Part shown: positions 51,237-61,431 of the stretch, in pieces | Layout of the letters: every line of letters starts with the position of its first letter | Position numbering within the stretch: the stretch's first letter is position 1 | NCBI GenBank assembly: GCA_049521795.1 | Contig: JBEKOM010000002.1 | Coordinates: 224,940-288,939, forward strand | DNA: 64,000 nucleotides | Source: Candidatus Bathyarchaeia archaeon | GTDB taxonomy: Archaea > Thermoproteota > Bathyarchaeia > Bathyarchaeales > Bathycorpusculaceae | Reading direction: 5' to 3' | Made by a program: the position numbers and the translations under genes | The notes under the pieces: model-generated | Seen by the model: the letters and a program-made list of their open reading frames with translations, nothing else | What the model was told of the DNA's origin: nothing | Databases searched by the model: none

Positions 51237-51443
51237 GCACGCATGCTCGTTCTTGAATTCTGTTCAAGAGGCAGGCATGGTGTTTTCCAAGGGTCGATGG
51301 TCACTGTCGCGGTTCGAGCTGGGTGCTCTCTTGCTCTCACGCCCCCCCCCCCCCGGGTATCCTATATGACCCACATATGGTTGAAGCGCAAGGCGAGCAG
51401 CACAAGCTGCTTCCCAAAAGAATTCAGGAACACACTGACGCGC
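51237..51443. mobile_element. MITE-like element copy B (207 bp)
   Basis: GCACGCATGCTCGTTCTTGAATTC ... GAATTCAGGAACACACTGACGCGC; inverted homolog of copy A lacking about 110 bp internally. Confidence 0.65.
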
Positions 51444-51687
51444 CAGTCCGCGATCATGCCTTGGGAGGCTCTCGGATTTGATATTTTGACTCACATTGTA
51501 ATTGAGCTCGCCAAGTCAAAAATGTTGGACCACATCCCATACTGTTGTTTCGTCATGTTTCCTGTGAGCAGAAGCATAGGAATTAGGCTGTTACCGAGCT
51601 GAGTATATGAGCTGCAAATATGATGAAACTTGAATGCTGGTATCTTATTCCGCTTGGGCAAGTGTCGTTGCTTCACAGGTTCACAAA

Positions 51688-52512
51688 TCACGAAGGGCTT
51701 TCGGGTTTGAAGACTTTTGCTCGTTGGGGAAAATGTTGTAGTAAAAAGGGAAGGAGTTTCTCCGCCAAAAAGAAAGCGCATGTTCCATAAATGACGCCGC
51801 CGATCACGTCTATTACGTAATGTTCGCCAAGATAGACTGCGCTGAACCAAACCCCGATTGGAAACAACAGTATCGGTAACGCTTTTGCCTTCTTGATTTT
51901 GAATGCGTAAAGTGAAATCAGCCAAGGATACATTGCGTGAAGACTAGGAAATGCCGCATTTTTGTTAGCTGAGACGAAATCGAAGAGGGTGCGATAGAAG
52001 GGGATACCGATGCTTTGATCCACTCGCAACAGAATTCGAGTTGCTCCGACCCCCAACCACGGAGGCGCAACCGGATATAACAGAAATGTTACTAGGGCGC
52101 TGTAGGTGCCGATCGCAAGGGCTAAAATGTATCCCCTGTAGTTTTCGGGGCGGTACTTCCACAACAAGAAGGCGAAAACTGTTGGAGCTATGAAATGCAG
52201 AGAATAAAAAAAGGCACCAAGATAGTCCAAAAAGGGATACCTGTAAAACTGTTGAAGCACAAGAGTCGGGATCGAACCGAACAGTCGCAAGTCGACACTT
52301 ATAGGCTCGCTAACGTGCGCAATTCGTCCAAGGCTGCCAACCACCCCATTCATGGCTTCGTAACTCAGGAACAACGACACAAATGGAAACCAGTCTCTTA
52401 CAAAACGGCGACTCCACTTGTTGTACGCAGCGTAAATCAAGAAACATAACACTATCAACTCAGGCCCTGGAAAAACACTGTACGCTAGACAGAAAGCAGC
52501 TAATACTGCCAC
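51688..52512 (-). CDS. PAP2 / Aur1-like (inositol phosphorylceramide synthase family) membrane protein; true start probably further upstream
   Basis: YSLHF, PVAPPW, AAFPSLH, YLGEHYVIDVIGG. Confidence 0.87.
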   Translation of the reverse strand: MAVLAAFCLAYSVFPGPELIVLCFLIYAAYNKWSRRFVRDWFPFVSLFLSYEAMNGVVGSLGRIAHVSEPISVDLRLFGSIPTLVLQQFYRYPFLDYLGAFFYSLHFIAPTVFAFLLWKYRPENYRGYILALAIGTYSALVTFLLYPVAPPWLGVGATRILLRVDQSIGIPFYRTLFDFVSANKNAAFPSLHAMYPWLISLYAFKIKKAKALPILLFPIGVWFSAVYLGEHYVIDVIGGVIYGTCAFFLAEKLLPFLLQHFPQRAKVFKPESPS

Positions 52513-52658
52513 ATAGACAGCGGGGAACGCAACTCCTAAGATGCGTGAAGAACGATAGTCGGACTTCGCATCAAGTTTTGATCCAACTTTGTCTACCGTA
52601 GGTATTCCCTTACCCCGCTCCGACGCACGTGTTATAGTGCGTCCTCAAGAACTGTGCA

Positions 52659-52691
52659 TTATTTAACGTTTTTCAGAATTAGACCCGATTC
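52659..52691 (-). promoter_or_regulatory. Conserved promoter/operator C, copy 3
   Basis: TTATTTAACGTTTTTCAGAATTAGACCCGATTC. Confidence 0.7.
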
Positions 52692-52779
52692 TATTTCTAT
52701 TCTGCCAATCGCCGAGGCAATTAATGCATACAGAGGTCCGTAAAAACGGCGCAAAAAGCAAGAATTCGCATCCTGGAAA

Positions 52780-52879
52780 TGGTAGCCCGGGAGAGATTCG
52801 AACTCTCGTCGGCGGGTCCAAAGCCCGCTATGCTTGTCCACTACAATCGGCGGAAAGGTGTTCTTCCCTCCACCGGGCT
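52780..52879 (-). tRNA. tRNA-Gln(UUG) with encoded CCA and a 24-nt intron at position 10/11 (52846-52869)
   Basis: AGCCCGG/CCGGGCT acceptor stem, GCGGG-CTTTGGA-CCCGC anticodon arm, GAGAG-TTCGAAT-CTCTC T arm. Confidence 0.93.
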
Positions 52880-53302
52880 TCTCCGGGCCACTCAGATAGA
52901 CATTTTACCCTCCTAATAAGTCTCCCATTAACTTTTTCACAGGTTTTCTCATCCATAGCGGTGGAGATGGCGAAGACCCCAGCACTTCATGATAAAAGAT
53001 GAAATTAACATCAGCCCTTTGAGCTGCAGGCAAACTCGTATGCACGCTAACGCGTTCCTAAATTCGCTTTTTCAGGCGTGGCGAGTTAGTCATATCCTAC
53101 TGGCGACACTTCGCGCCCTAATGGTCACACAGTCATCCACGGACCAACAGAGCCCTATAACAAAAACCCGTTCACAAATGAATTTGGGAACGAATCCCTG
53201 TGAATAGCTCTCTACGTAGCGTTGCTGGCTCCGTCCATTTTTGAAAGGGCAAGCGCGCGAAAAAGCCAAGATTGCATTGGAAGTGACTGATACTGAGACT
53301 GG

Positions 53303-53692
53303 TCATCGGTGAAGTTTGGGTCTGTATCTGTTTCTTTCGGAGAAGAAGTCAATAACTCTGGATTTTGTCAAGAACCTTGCATAGTGTCTTGCTTGGGCAG
53401 GAATGACGTATTCATCGCCTTTCTCGCAGATTCTGGGCTTGCCTTCGATGATCAATTCCATTTTTCCTTCTATCATGATTCCCCATTGAGAATAGTCGTG
53501 ACTGTGCTCCGGAACTTTTGCAGAGAGTTCCATTTCGAAGAAAACCAGCTGTTGTTTCTCCCCTTGTAAGATCCATGCTCTGACTCCTTTGAGTTGAATG
53601 TCCGCTTCAGGTAGACGCGTTATAACTTCTGGAAAATCTCGCCCACGCTGACCCTTAGACTCGTCCAAACGTTCCACCGAGACAGAACACAC
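53303..53692 (-). CDS. Cupin domain protein (start uncertain)
   Basis: VPEHSH..QWG, GDEYVIPAQARH. Confidence 0.85.
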   Translation of the reverse strand: MCSVSVERLDESKGQRGRDFPEVITRLPEADIQLKGVRAWILQGEKQQLVFFEMELSAKVPEHSHDYSQWGIMIEGKMELIIEGKPRICEKGDEYVIPAQARHYARFLTKSRVIDFFSERNRYRPKLHR

Positions 53693-54139
53693 TGGGAAGA
53701 AGTATTAATGTTTGCGCACCTGAGCGCCATCTCAGATCGTGCGACTCTATCTTCTAAAATGTGGTATTCGTTGCAGTGAGCGGCGAACGCTTTTGCTTCC
53801 GCATTAATCTCCTGGTTTATGGGCGATAACGTGACCTATGACGGCGGCAGCTTCATGTGGATCGCAAAACCACACTTTGCGACCTGGTAAAGGGAATTCG
53901 CGAACACGTTTACGCTAGATGCATATACGCAAAGTATTGATAGAAGCTCCATTCATTTTTTGAATCAATATGCTCTGTAGAGATTCGAGGTCAGTGGGCC
54001 GAATATTCTTGAGAGGACCACAAAGCTTATATATTAAAACATGTCATGTGGATAGCTACGCGGAACCGAACGTTCTGTTTTCTGAACAATGATGAAGAAT
54101 CACGACGGTTCTACGAAAAAATGCTCGAGGCGAGATGGA

Positions 54140-55078
54140 TTGAGTAAGAAAGAAGGCGCAGTTCGCCAACGCCTAATCGACAAGTGCCCGGAATGTGGTA
54201 GCTCAAACCTTGTCCATGATTATGACACCGGTGAAACAGTTTGTGGTGATTGTGGACTCGTTTTGTACGAGCAGATGATGGACAAGGGACCAGAATGGCG
54301 TGCCTTCACTCAGGAAGAGAAGGCATCCAGAAGCCGCGTTGGAGTGCCAACGTCCTATTCCGTTCATGATAAGGGCTTGTCAACGGCCATAAGCCAGGTT
54401 GACCGAGATGCCTTTGGGAGAAAACTTCCGCTTTCAACCCGCCTACAGATGTGGCGTCTCAGAAAATGGCAGATAAGGTCAAGAGTGCACTCTTCGATCG
54501 ACAGAAACTTGGCGCAAGCAATGGCAGAACTTGACCGACTGTCAGATAAGGTGTACATTCCACCGCCGACAAAAGAGAAGGCGGCGGTGACCTACCGTAA
54601 GGCCCTCGATAAAGGCTTGGTCCGTGGCAGGTCAATCGCAGCTATCGCTGCAGCCGCGCTCTACGCGGCGTGCCGTGGAAGCGGAACGCCAAGAACCCTA
54701 CGTGAAATCGCGGAGGCGAGCCTAGTCGACAAGAAAGACGTTGCGCGATGTTACCGGCTGCTGCTTCGCGAGCTTGAAGTGCACATGCCAATCGCGGATC
54801 CCCTGACATACGTTTCGAAGATAGCTGAGAGAACCGGAATATCCGGTAAGACTCAGGGAATCGCTATACAGATCCTGCGGGAAGCCAGAAAGAGAAGAGC
54901 TGCTGCAGGGAAAGACCCGATGGGGTTAGCAGCTGCGTCATTGTACATTGCATGTTTGAAGAACAACGAAAAGAAGACACAGAAAGACATAGCCGAGGCG
55001 GCAGGCGTCACCGAAGTTACGGTAAGAAACCGTTACAAAAGCTTGAAGAAACAGCTGAACTTAGAGGTACCAGATTAG
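54140..55078 (+). CDS. tfb: Transcription initiation factor IIB
   Basis: CPEC...CGDC Zn ribbon, GPEWRAF, two cyclin repeats, TEVTVRNRY. Confidence 0.97.
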   Translation: MSKKEGAVRQRLIDKCPECGSSNLVHDYDTGETVCGDCGLVLYEQMMDKGPEWRAFTQEEKASRSRVGVPTSYSVHDKGLSTAISQVDRDAFGRKLPLSTRLQMWRLRKWQIRSRVHSSIDRNLAQAMAELDRLSDKVYIPPPTKEKAAVTYRKALDKGLVRGRSIAAIAAAALYAACRGSGTPRTLREIAEASLVDKKDVARCYRLLLRELEVHMPIADPLTYVSKIAERTGISGKTQGIAIQILREARKRRAAAGKDPMGLAAASLYIACLKNNEKKTQKDIAEAAGVTEVTVRNRYKSLKKQLNLEVPD

Positions 55079-55104
55079 CCGAGAGCATACGGGGTCGGCT
55101 AGCC

Positions 55105-55302
55105 CTATTCTTTTTCTAGTTCCATGATCAACAGGCCATGATATCCGCATTGGTTACAAACGTATTTTTTCGGCGTTAACCAGTAATCCGTGCCGCTGGA
55201 CAAGTGGATCTCAGGACTTCCGCATCTCGGGCAGTATATCTTTGAGGGTCGTCGACGCTTCATGGTCTTAAATAGTTCACCTATGTCTCGCAGCTTTCCC
55301 AT
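55105..55302 (-). CDS. Small Zn-ribbon protein
   Basis: CPRCGS...YVCNQCGY. Confidence 0.75.
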   Translation of the reverse strand: MGKLRDIGELFKTMKRRRPSKIYCPRCGSPEIHLSSGTDYWLTPKKYVCNQCGYHGLLIMELEKE

Positions 55303-55329
55303 ATTGCGCCTGCACACCCGCCTATGCTA

Positions 55330-55638
55330 TTATTGAAGCTCTATGTTCTCCTGCGGATATCCCTTGCGTATCAAGAACTGGCGAACTCTTTCTCGATGGT
55401 CTCCTTGAAGCATGATCTGACCATTTTTCGCCGTTCCACCGCATGCACAGAAGCCTTTCAACTCCTTGGCAATTTCCGGCAGGTTGTTGTTTTTCTCGTC
55501 TATGCCGTCAACTATCGTCGTTGGCTTCCCAAACTTGCGAGTTTCGAGGCGTATACGGATTCGCAGTTGTTCCTTCTCGATTTCACCACAAGCGCATAAG
55601 TCCTTCGGCAGCCCGCATGTGGAACAGATTTCAGCCAT
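55330..55638 (-). CDS. sui1: Translation initiation factor SUI1 (aIF1)
   Basis: CSTCGLPKDLC, ACGGT, LQGDHR. Confidence 0.95.
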   Translation of the reverse strand: MAEICSTCGLPKDLCACGEIEKEQLRIRIRLETRKFGKPTTIVDGIDEKNNNLPEIAKELKGFCACGGTAKNGQIMLQGDHRERVRQFLIRKGYPQENIELQ

Positions 55639-55830
55639 TTCGCTCAGCTGTACAGTTGTTTTGGGGGTATATAAAACTTTCAAATCATTGCTCTATAAGC
55701 TAGCTCTATGCGGCATAACCATTTTGCCAATTGGAAACTCACATTTCTTTCAAGAATGCATCATTCTGCAATAGAGCCTTAACGTTTGGTGCGAAAGTCT
55801 TTAATCAAAAACTTCAGTGAAAGTAAGCTC

Positions 55831-56979
55831 ATGAGGGTACTAGTTCTAGGTTCTGGAAACATAGGCTCAACAGCAGCATGGGACATGGCCAAGAACATGA
55901 GTTCCTGCGACATCGTTATCGCTGACCGGGACGCAAGGAGAGCAAAGGATGTTGCTGATCGAATCGGTGAAAGCAACGTTTCATGGGTTCATCTGGACGC
56001 AGCAAATCATGGTCAACTGCTTCGCACACTGAAGGACTGTGACCTAGCCATGGGTTTTCTGCCTGGAAACCTCGGGTATGGTTTGATGAAAGCGTGCATC
56101 GAAGCACGAAAGGATCTGGTTGACGTTTCTTACATGGCCGAAAACCCGGTTAGACTTCATCAAGCCGCAGCAAGTGCTGGCATAACTATTGTGCCAGACT
56201 GCGGATTGGCCCCTGGCATCAGCAATCTCTTCGTGGGACACAGCTTTCAAAAGCTGGACAAAACAAAGGCTGTTCACGTGATGGTCGGCGGGCTGCCAGA
56301 AAAACCAGTTCCGCCTCTGGGATACATTGTCACTTGGTCTCCGGAAAGCCTGATCGACGAGTACACAAGAAAAGCGATAATAGTCAAGCAAGGCCGCAGG
56401 GTTCAGGTTGAAGCTCTGAGTGGGATAGAAAGTATCGAGTTTCCAGGAGTCGGAAAGCTCGAAGCCTTTTTCACTGACGGACTCAGAACGCTCCTGTACA
56501 CGATGGATGGTGTTGGAGACATGTGGGAGAAAACACTCAGATATCCTGGGCACGCTGAGAAGATAAAACTACTTGAAGCCATGGGCTTGTTTAGAAAGGA
56601 GAAGATCAAGGTTGAAGGTCTAGAGGTTTCGCCTAGAAAACTCATGGTAAAGCTTCTTCAGCAGACACTGCGGAAGCCTGAGGTTAAAGACTTCGTGGCC
56701 CTGAAGGTCGAAGTCTACGGGGTCAACAATGGCGAAAGAACGGGCTACACCTATCACATGCTGGACAATTGCGATAGAAGGCGCGGAATAACTGCCATGG
56801 CCAGAACAACAGCCTATCCAATGTCGATTGTTGCCCAGTTGATACTGGGCGGGGCCATCAAAGAGAAAGGCATAGTTCCTCCTGAAAGGTTAGGCATGGA
56901 AGACCGTGTCTTCAGAATGTTCTGGGAGGGTTTAGAGAAGCGAGGAATACAGATCAACGAAAAGACGCAGGGTTGCTAG
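55831..56979 (+). CDS. Saccharopine dehydrogenase / lysine 6-dehydrogenase family
   Basis: LGSGNIG, DCGLAPGISN, EKTLRYPGH, AMARTTAY. Confidence 0.9.
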   Translation: MRVLVLGSGNIGSTAAWDMAKNMSSCDIVIADRDARRAKDVADRIGESNVSWVHLDAANHGQLLRTLKDCDLAMGFLPGNLGYGLMKACIEARKDLVDVSYMAENPVRLHQAAASAGITIVPDCGLAPGISNLFVGHSFQKLDKTKAVHVMVGGLPEKPVPPLGYIVTWSPESLIDEYTRKAIIVKQGRRVQVEALSGIESIEFPGVGKLEAFFTDGLRTLLYTMDGVGDMWEKTLRYPGHAEKIKLLEAMGLFRKEKIKVEGLEVSPRKLMVKLLQQTLRKPEVKDFVALKVEVYGVNNGERTGYTYHMLDNCDRRRGITAMARTTAYPMSIVAQLILGGAIKEKGIVPPERLGMEDRVFRMFWEGLEKRGIQINEKTQGC

Positions 56980-57105
56980 ACATACCCTGCCTTAACATGA
57001 AGACCATCAAGGAACCGACTTTTTTGAGGCTTCCTGTAGACAAACGGTAAACTTAAAAGCCATCATGAAAAGGATATTTGCTAATTGACGACGAGGAGCA
57101 TTGTA

Positions 57106-58308
57106 ATGCAAAACCGTCCAGCAATAGTTGCTGCTGGAAGAACAAGATTCGGAGAGCACTATGAAAAAGAGCCTGAAAAGCTTATTGAAGAAGCCTGGCT
57201 TAAGGCTTCTGCGGAGACAAACATAGAACGCAAAGACCTAGAAGCCTGCTATCTTTCAGACTACTTTCTCCCGATCACCAACAAGCTCGGTCTAGAAGAA
57301 GGCTTTCTGTCAGAGCTAACCGAGCTCCACACTCCTATGGAAGTAACCCGCTCCTTCAGCTCTGCTCTCTCAAACGCGTGCAATGCCATCCAAGCTGGAA
57401 AGCACACCATGGTCTTGGTAGGCGGAATAGAGAAAATGACAGACCGCTGGGACAAGATACGCGACGACCTTATGCTCCTTGAGGACCCGTGGAGCTACTA
57501 CGCGGGGTGTACGCCGGAAGCAAACCATGAACTGATGCTGAGGGCCTACATTAAAAAATACGGCTTAGCTGGAGCCAACTTGGAGAAGCTCAACACCGCT
57601 TTGGCCCAAATTTCAGTCAAGAACCACTTGCACGGGTCAAGAAACGAAAACGCGCAATACCAAAGAAAGATATCCGTTGAACAAGTGTTGAACGCCAGAA
57701 AAGAGGCACACAAACCATTGGGGCTTTATGACTATGCACCTATTTCTGACGGTGCAGCCATACTCATCTTGGCCAGCGAAGAGGTTGCGAAGAAGTGTAC
57801 CGATAAACCGGTCTACATCTTGGGATCTTCTTCAGCAACAGACTTCCTAACCTACCCGGCAAGAGCGGATATGACCCACTTTTTGGTGACCAGAAATTCC
57901 ATGAAGAACGCTCTCAAAACGGCTGGAAGAACCCTGTGGGACATCCAGGTTGTTGAACTTTACGATCAATCCACGGTCATGGAAATGGTTTCGCTTGAGG
58001 ACATGGGTTTCTGCGAACCTGGAACCGCTTGGAGGAGCATACTCGAAAGCTGTATGGACTACAAGGGTTACTACGAGATGGACGGTCACAAACTTTTCGT
58101 GAACATGAACGGCGGATTGAAGGCAGACGGAAATCCTCTAGGAGCGACGGGCGGCGCCCAAACCTTTGAGGTCGTAAAGCAGCTAAGAGGCGAGGCCTGT
58201 GAACGCCAAGTGAAAAGCGATGAAGAGCTTAAGTACGGCTGTGTGCTTGAGCTTGAGGGCTTCGGAACCAAGGGCTACGTCTACATTCTGGGGAGAGACT
58301 CGAAATGA
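57106..58308 (+). CDS. Archaeal thiolase homolog lacking catalytic residues
   Basis: GGIEKMTD, PISDGAA, GGLKADGNPLGATG; no ACAS Cys, and HDCF replaced by YDQS. Confidence 0.85.
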   Translation: MQNRPAIVAAGRTRFGEHYEKEPEKLIEEAWLKASAETNIERKDLEACYLSDYFLPITNKLGLEEGFLSELTELHTPMEVTRSFSSALSNACNAIQAGKHTMVLVGGIEKMTDRWDKIRDDLMLLEDPWSYYAGCTPEANHELMLRAYIKKYGLAGANLEKLNTALAQISVKNHLHGSRNENAQYQRKISVEQVLNARKEAHKPLGLYDYAPISDGAAILILASEEVAKKCTDKPVYILGSSSATDFLTYPARADMTHFLVTRNSMKNALKTAGRTLWDIQVVELYDQSTVMEMVSLEDMGFCEPGTAWRSILESCMDYKGYYEMDGHKLFVNMNGGLKADGNPLGATGGAQTFEVVKQLRGEACERQVKSDEELKYGCVLELEGFGTKGYVYILGRDSK

Positions 58309-59813
58309 GCAGCGAACCGATAGAGAGAAGAGTTTCTTACCTTGGAGACAGGCTGAGGGGTAACCGTTGTCTGATATGCGGAAAAGAATACTTTGAGATC
58401 AGAGACTACTGCGGAAACTGTGGAAGAAAAAGCTACGGCAAGATGGAGGAAAACGACCTCTTCTACGAAAAGGGCAAACTCGAAGTCTGCACACTCATCA
58501 ACGAGCCCACAAACAAGTTCTCCAAGCTCGGAAACTACATCTACGGCATAGTTTCATTCCACGATGGAAGGATACGCGTCCCAGGGCGCATCACGGACCG
58601 AACGCCGAAATGCAACGAGAACGTTGATTTTTCAACCCTTGAGGAACGAACCGTCGTCCCGAGGTTCCGGAGACGCTACTCGGTTGACAGAAACGATGTC
58701 GTTCCGACGATCTCTCTGGCGTTCACGTTTGCCGACGAGTATTATCCACACCAAGAATACAAAGTGGCAAAGCCGAGGAAAGAATACGATTCGCCTGGCA
58801 TCGTCGGCTACGGCGTTTACACTTCAAAGTTCAGAATAAAGGAAGGAAACATCGAACGCTCAGTCCCATTCATAGACGAGGACTCCATAACCGCTGCGGT
58901 CGAGGCTGGAAAGCTCGCGCTCATTCACGCTAGAGTCGGCAGCAATCATATCGGCAAGATCTACGTAGGGTCGGAGTCGAACCCCTACGCCGTCAAGCCC
59001 ATAGCGTCAAAGGTTGCGCAGGTATTGAAGCTAGGAGAAGAAGATGAAGACGTGCAGGGAGTTGATGCCGTGGACACGGAGTTCGCTTGCAAAGCGGCCA
59101 CTAGCATGTTCAAGGATGCAACTTCACTGGTCAACTATCCAAAATCAAACATTGAGTACGCCATGGTAACCGGCACCGACAACGCACAAGCAGCGCCAAG
59201 AGACTGCGCTGGCGGAGAACTGGATCTATTCGTAGGGTATGGTGCAGCATCATTCATATTCGGAAAGTGTGACGTCATTGCTGAGATTGAAGGGTGGTAC
59301 TCTTGCACCTCAGACACTCCTGACTTCTGGCGAAGGGACGGTGAACCGTATCCGATGCATGGTGGAAGGTTCACAGGAGACCCAGCCTATTTTAAGCACG
59401 TAAGAAAGTCGGCTAAGAAACTGATGGAACGGCTCAACCTGCAGGTTGCTGACGTGAACTATTTTGTCGCCCACCAGCCTAACCTTCAATTTCCAGTGCG
59501 AATTGCGAAAGAACTGGGCTTCAAAGAAGAACAGTACCTGCCCATGCTTCAAGTAGCAAAATTCGGCAACACGTACTCGGGCGCTTCGCCAGTCGGTCTA
59601 GCAGCCGTGCTTGACATCGCCAAGCCAGATGAACGAATCGTTATTGCAAGCTACGGTTCAGGAGCGGGAAGCGACGCTTACTCGCTAATGGCGACGAACC
59701 AGATACTTGAAAAAAGGCAGAATCAAAAGCTCACAGTCAGGTATCAAGCAGAAAACCCCTTCGTAGAGTACGTGGACTACACGACTTACAGGCGATTGAA
59801 AGGCGGAATGTAG
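58305..59813 (+). CDS. DUF35 (Zn ribbon/OB)-HMG-CoA synthase fusion
   Basis: N-terminal CLIC/CGNC plus OB; GSES, EFACKA, HQPN, GNTYSG, SYGSGAGSD. Confidence 0.9.
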   Translation: MSSEPIERRVSYLGDRLRGNRCLICGKEYFEIRDYCGNCGRKSYGKMEENDLFYEKGKLEVCTLINEPTNKFSKLGNYIYGIVSFHDGRIRVPGRITDRTPKCNENVDFSTLEERTVVPRFRRRYSVDRNDVVPTISLAFTFADEYYPHQEYKVAKPRKEYDSPGIVGYGVYTSKFRIKEGNIERSVPFIDEDSITAAVEAGKLALIHARVGSNHIGKIYVGSESNPYAVKPIASKVAQVLKLGEEDEDVQGVDAVDTEFACKAATSMFKDATSLVNYPKSNIEYAMVTGTDNAQAAPRDCAGGELDLFVGYGAASFIFGKCDVIAEIEGWYSCTSDTPDFWRRDGEPYPMHGGRFTGDPAYFKHVRKSAKKLMERLNLQVADVNYFVAHQPNLQFPVRIAKELGFKEEQYLPMLQVAKFGNTYSGASPVGLAAVLDIAKPDERIVIASYGSGAGSDAYSLMATNQILEKRQNQKLTVRYQAENPFVEYVDYTTYRRLKGGM

Positions 59814-59860
59814 AAAACCATTAATAAGCCTTCAGTAACTTAAGAGCGGAGCGCAAGGCA

Positions 59861-61033
59861 TTGAAGATTCCTAACCTACTCAAAGTCATTTACGCCCCGC
59901 ACAAAGCAGTCAAAGAGATAGCTGCAAACCCGACTTACTTGGGTCCCCTCCTCATAATAGTTCTTTTTGTCGCAGCAAACGTGGGGTTCGTTTACATAAG
60001 CTCATCCAAGACTTACTTTGAGCAGACATTGCCCAACGGATTGAACCATGACGAATGGACTGAGAACGCGACGTTCTGGACATCGAATGCCAACGTCAAC
60101 GAGAGCAGTGATGCTGTCACCGTAAGCTACCCCGCAAACGTGCGCCAATACTATGGAACCATGAGCATATCCTTTTCGATAAACAGCAGTGAGGTCTGGA
60201 TGGAGTTGAACAACATAGGGCCCATCAACTGCTCCATGCCAGATGGCTACAGCAAACTCGATTTCAGAGTGAAACAGCTCAGCCCACAGAACAACACCGT
60301 CAACGCCACCATATACCTCTTCTCAACAACCCCTTCTAACTACTCTTATTACGATCTGACTCAAAACTTCTCAAGCTCCACCCTTAATGAATGGAACAAC
60401 CTGACGGACATCCAGCTCGTTTCAGGATGGAATAAGACAGGTGCTGGCGCAGACTGGAGCAACATCACTGGTCTCAAGCTGGACCTCACGTGGCCAGCCG
60501 TTTCGAACATTTCCTTGCTGGTGGATGGTCTCTTTTTCCACGGTCCGTACGAATCTTCATTGCAAAGCGTAGGCAACTCTTACGTGTTCAGCGTTGCCTT
60601 TTCATACGCTTTGCAGTTTGTCATTACATGGGTTATCCTCGGAGGAATACTCTACTTGCTTTCAAAAGCGCTAGGTGCAAAGCTCGTCTGGAAACCGTTA
60701 TTAATCGTGATCGGATGCATCCTTATCACCATGATCGTCCAAGCGATTGTGAACGCAGCCGCATGGGGAACCCTGTCTAACGTCAACGTGCCCTTTGCGC
60801 TGAGCGGCGGCGTCCCTGGCGAAGGTCAAGCTGCCTACAACGCGATTTCAAGTCAAACCTACTTTGTTTCTCTCACAGGAACGGTCACTCAGATAGCGAT
60901 GTACATTTGGACCATTGCACTAGCTGGACTCGCTGTTCATCTGCTCGGCGGGCTCGGTTGGTCAAGGAGCTTTCTAGCTGCAACAGTAGCATACTTTGTA
61001 ACCTTGTTCATTGGAAGCTTCTTGTTCGGATAA
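59861..61033 (+). CDS. Yip1-like membrane protein with inserted extracellular domain
   Basis: VIYAPHKAVKEI start; NxS/T-rich insert; C-terminal TMs. Confidence 0.72.
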   Translation: MKIPNLLKVIYAPHKAVKEIAANPTYLGPLLIIVLFVAANVGFVYISSSKTYFEQTLPNGLNHDEWTENATFWTSNANVNESSDAVTVSYPANVRQYYGTMSISFSINSSEVWMELNNIGPINCSMPDGYSKLDFRVKQLSPQNNTVNATIYLFSTTPSNYSYYDLTQNFSSSTLNEWNNLTDIQLVSGWNKTGAGADWSNITGLKLDLTWPAVSNISLLVDGLFFHGPYESSLQSVGNSYVFSVAFSYALQFVITWVILGGILYLLSKALGAKLVWKPLLIVIGCILITMIVQAIVNAAAWGTLSNVNVPFALSGGVPGEGQAAYNAISSQTYFVSLTGTVTQIAMYIWTIALAGLAVHLLGGLGWSRSFLAATVAYFVTLFIGSFLFG

Positions 61034-61431
61034 GAACCCTGAAGCAGACCTTAAAAGAAAAAGAAGCACGCGCTTTCGTTTCTTATGGACTAGCCCACCT
61101 TCTTCTGTCAAGCCGCATTCAGCCTCAAGAGCAGTGCACTGTTTGTCCGTAATCCCGAGACGCATACCTGTCACAGTGACTCCTGTGTTTTCGCTTGAAT
61201 GGACAATAGTTGCGATTGTGTTCGCATTGTTTGTCTGCATAGACTGTGGTCCTTGCCCGCAAGGAAAACTATGCTGAACCCTTCGGAAGCGGCGTGTTAT
61301 GAATAGTTCGCAAAATTTATATGGCTGAAGGACTTTTCTGCATCTAACCGGCCTTAACCGAGGCTCAAGTGTCAGAGTTTGGCACGATGGGTTTTTGTGG
61401 AAGAAGGCTGGTTCCGCGAATAGGACGAAAA

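Noticed and set aside
51342-51354. C13 homopolymer as a phase-variation tract
   Set aside because: Lies within the non-coding MITE-like element; copy A has an interrupted tract; no gene affected.
43500-52780. Integrated element at tRNA-Gln
   Set aside because: Accessory-looking, but I found no integrase and no duplicate of the tRNA 3' end.
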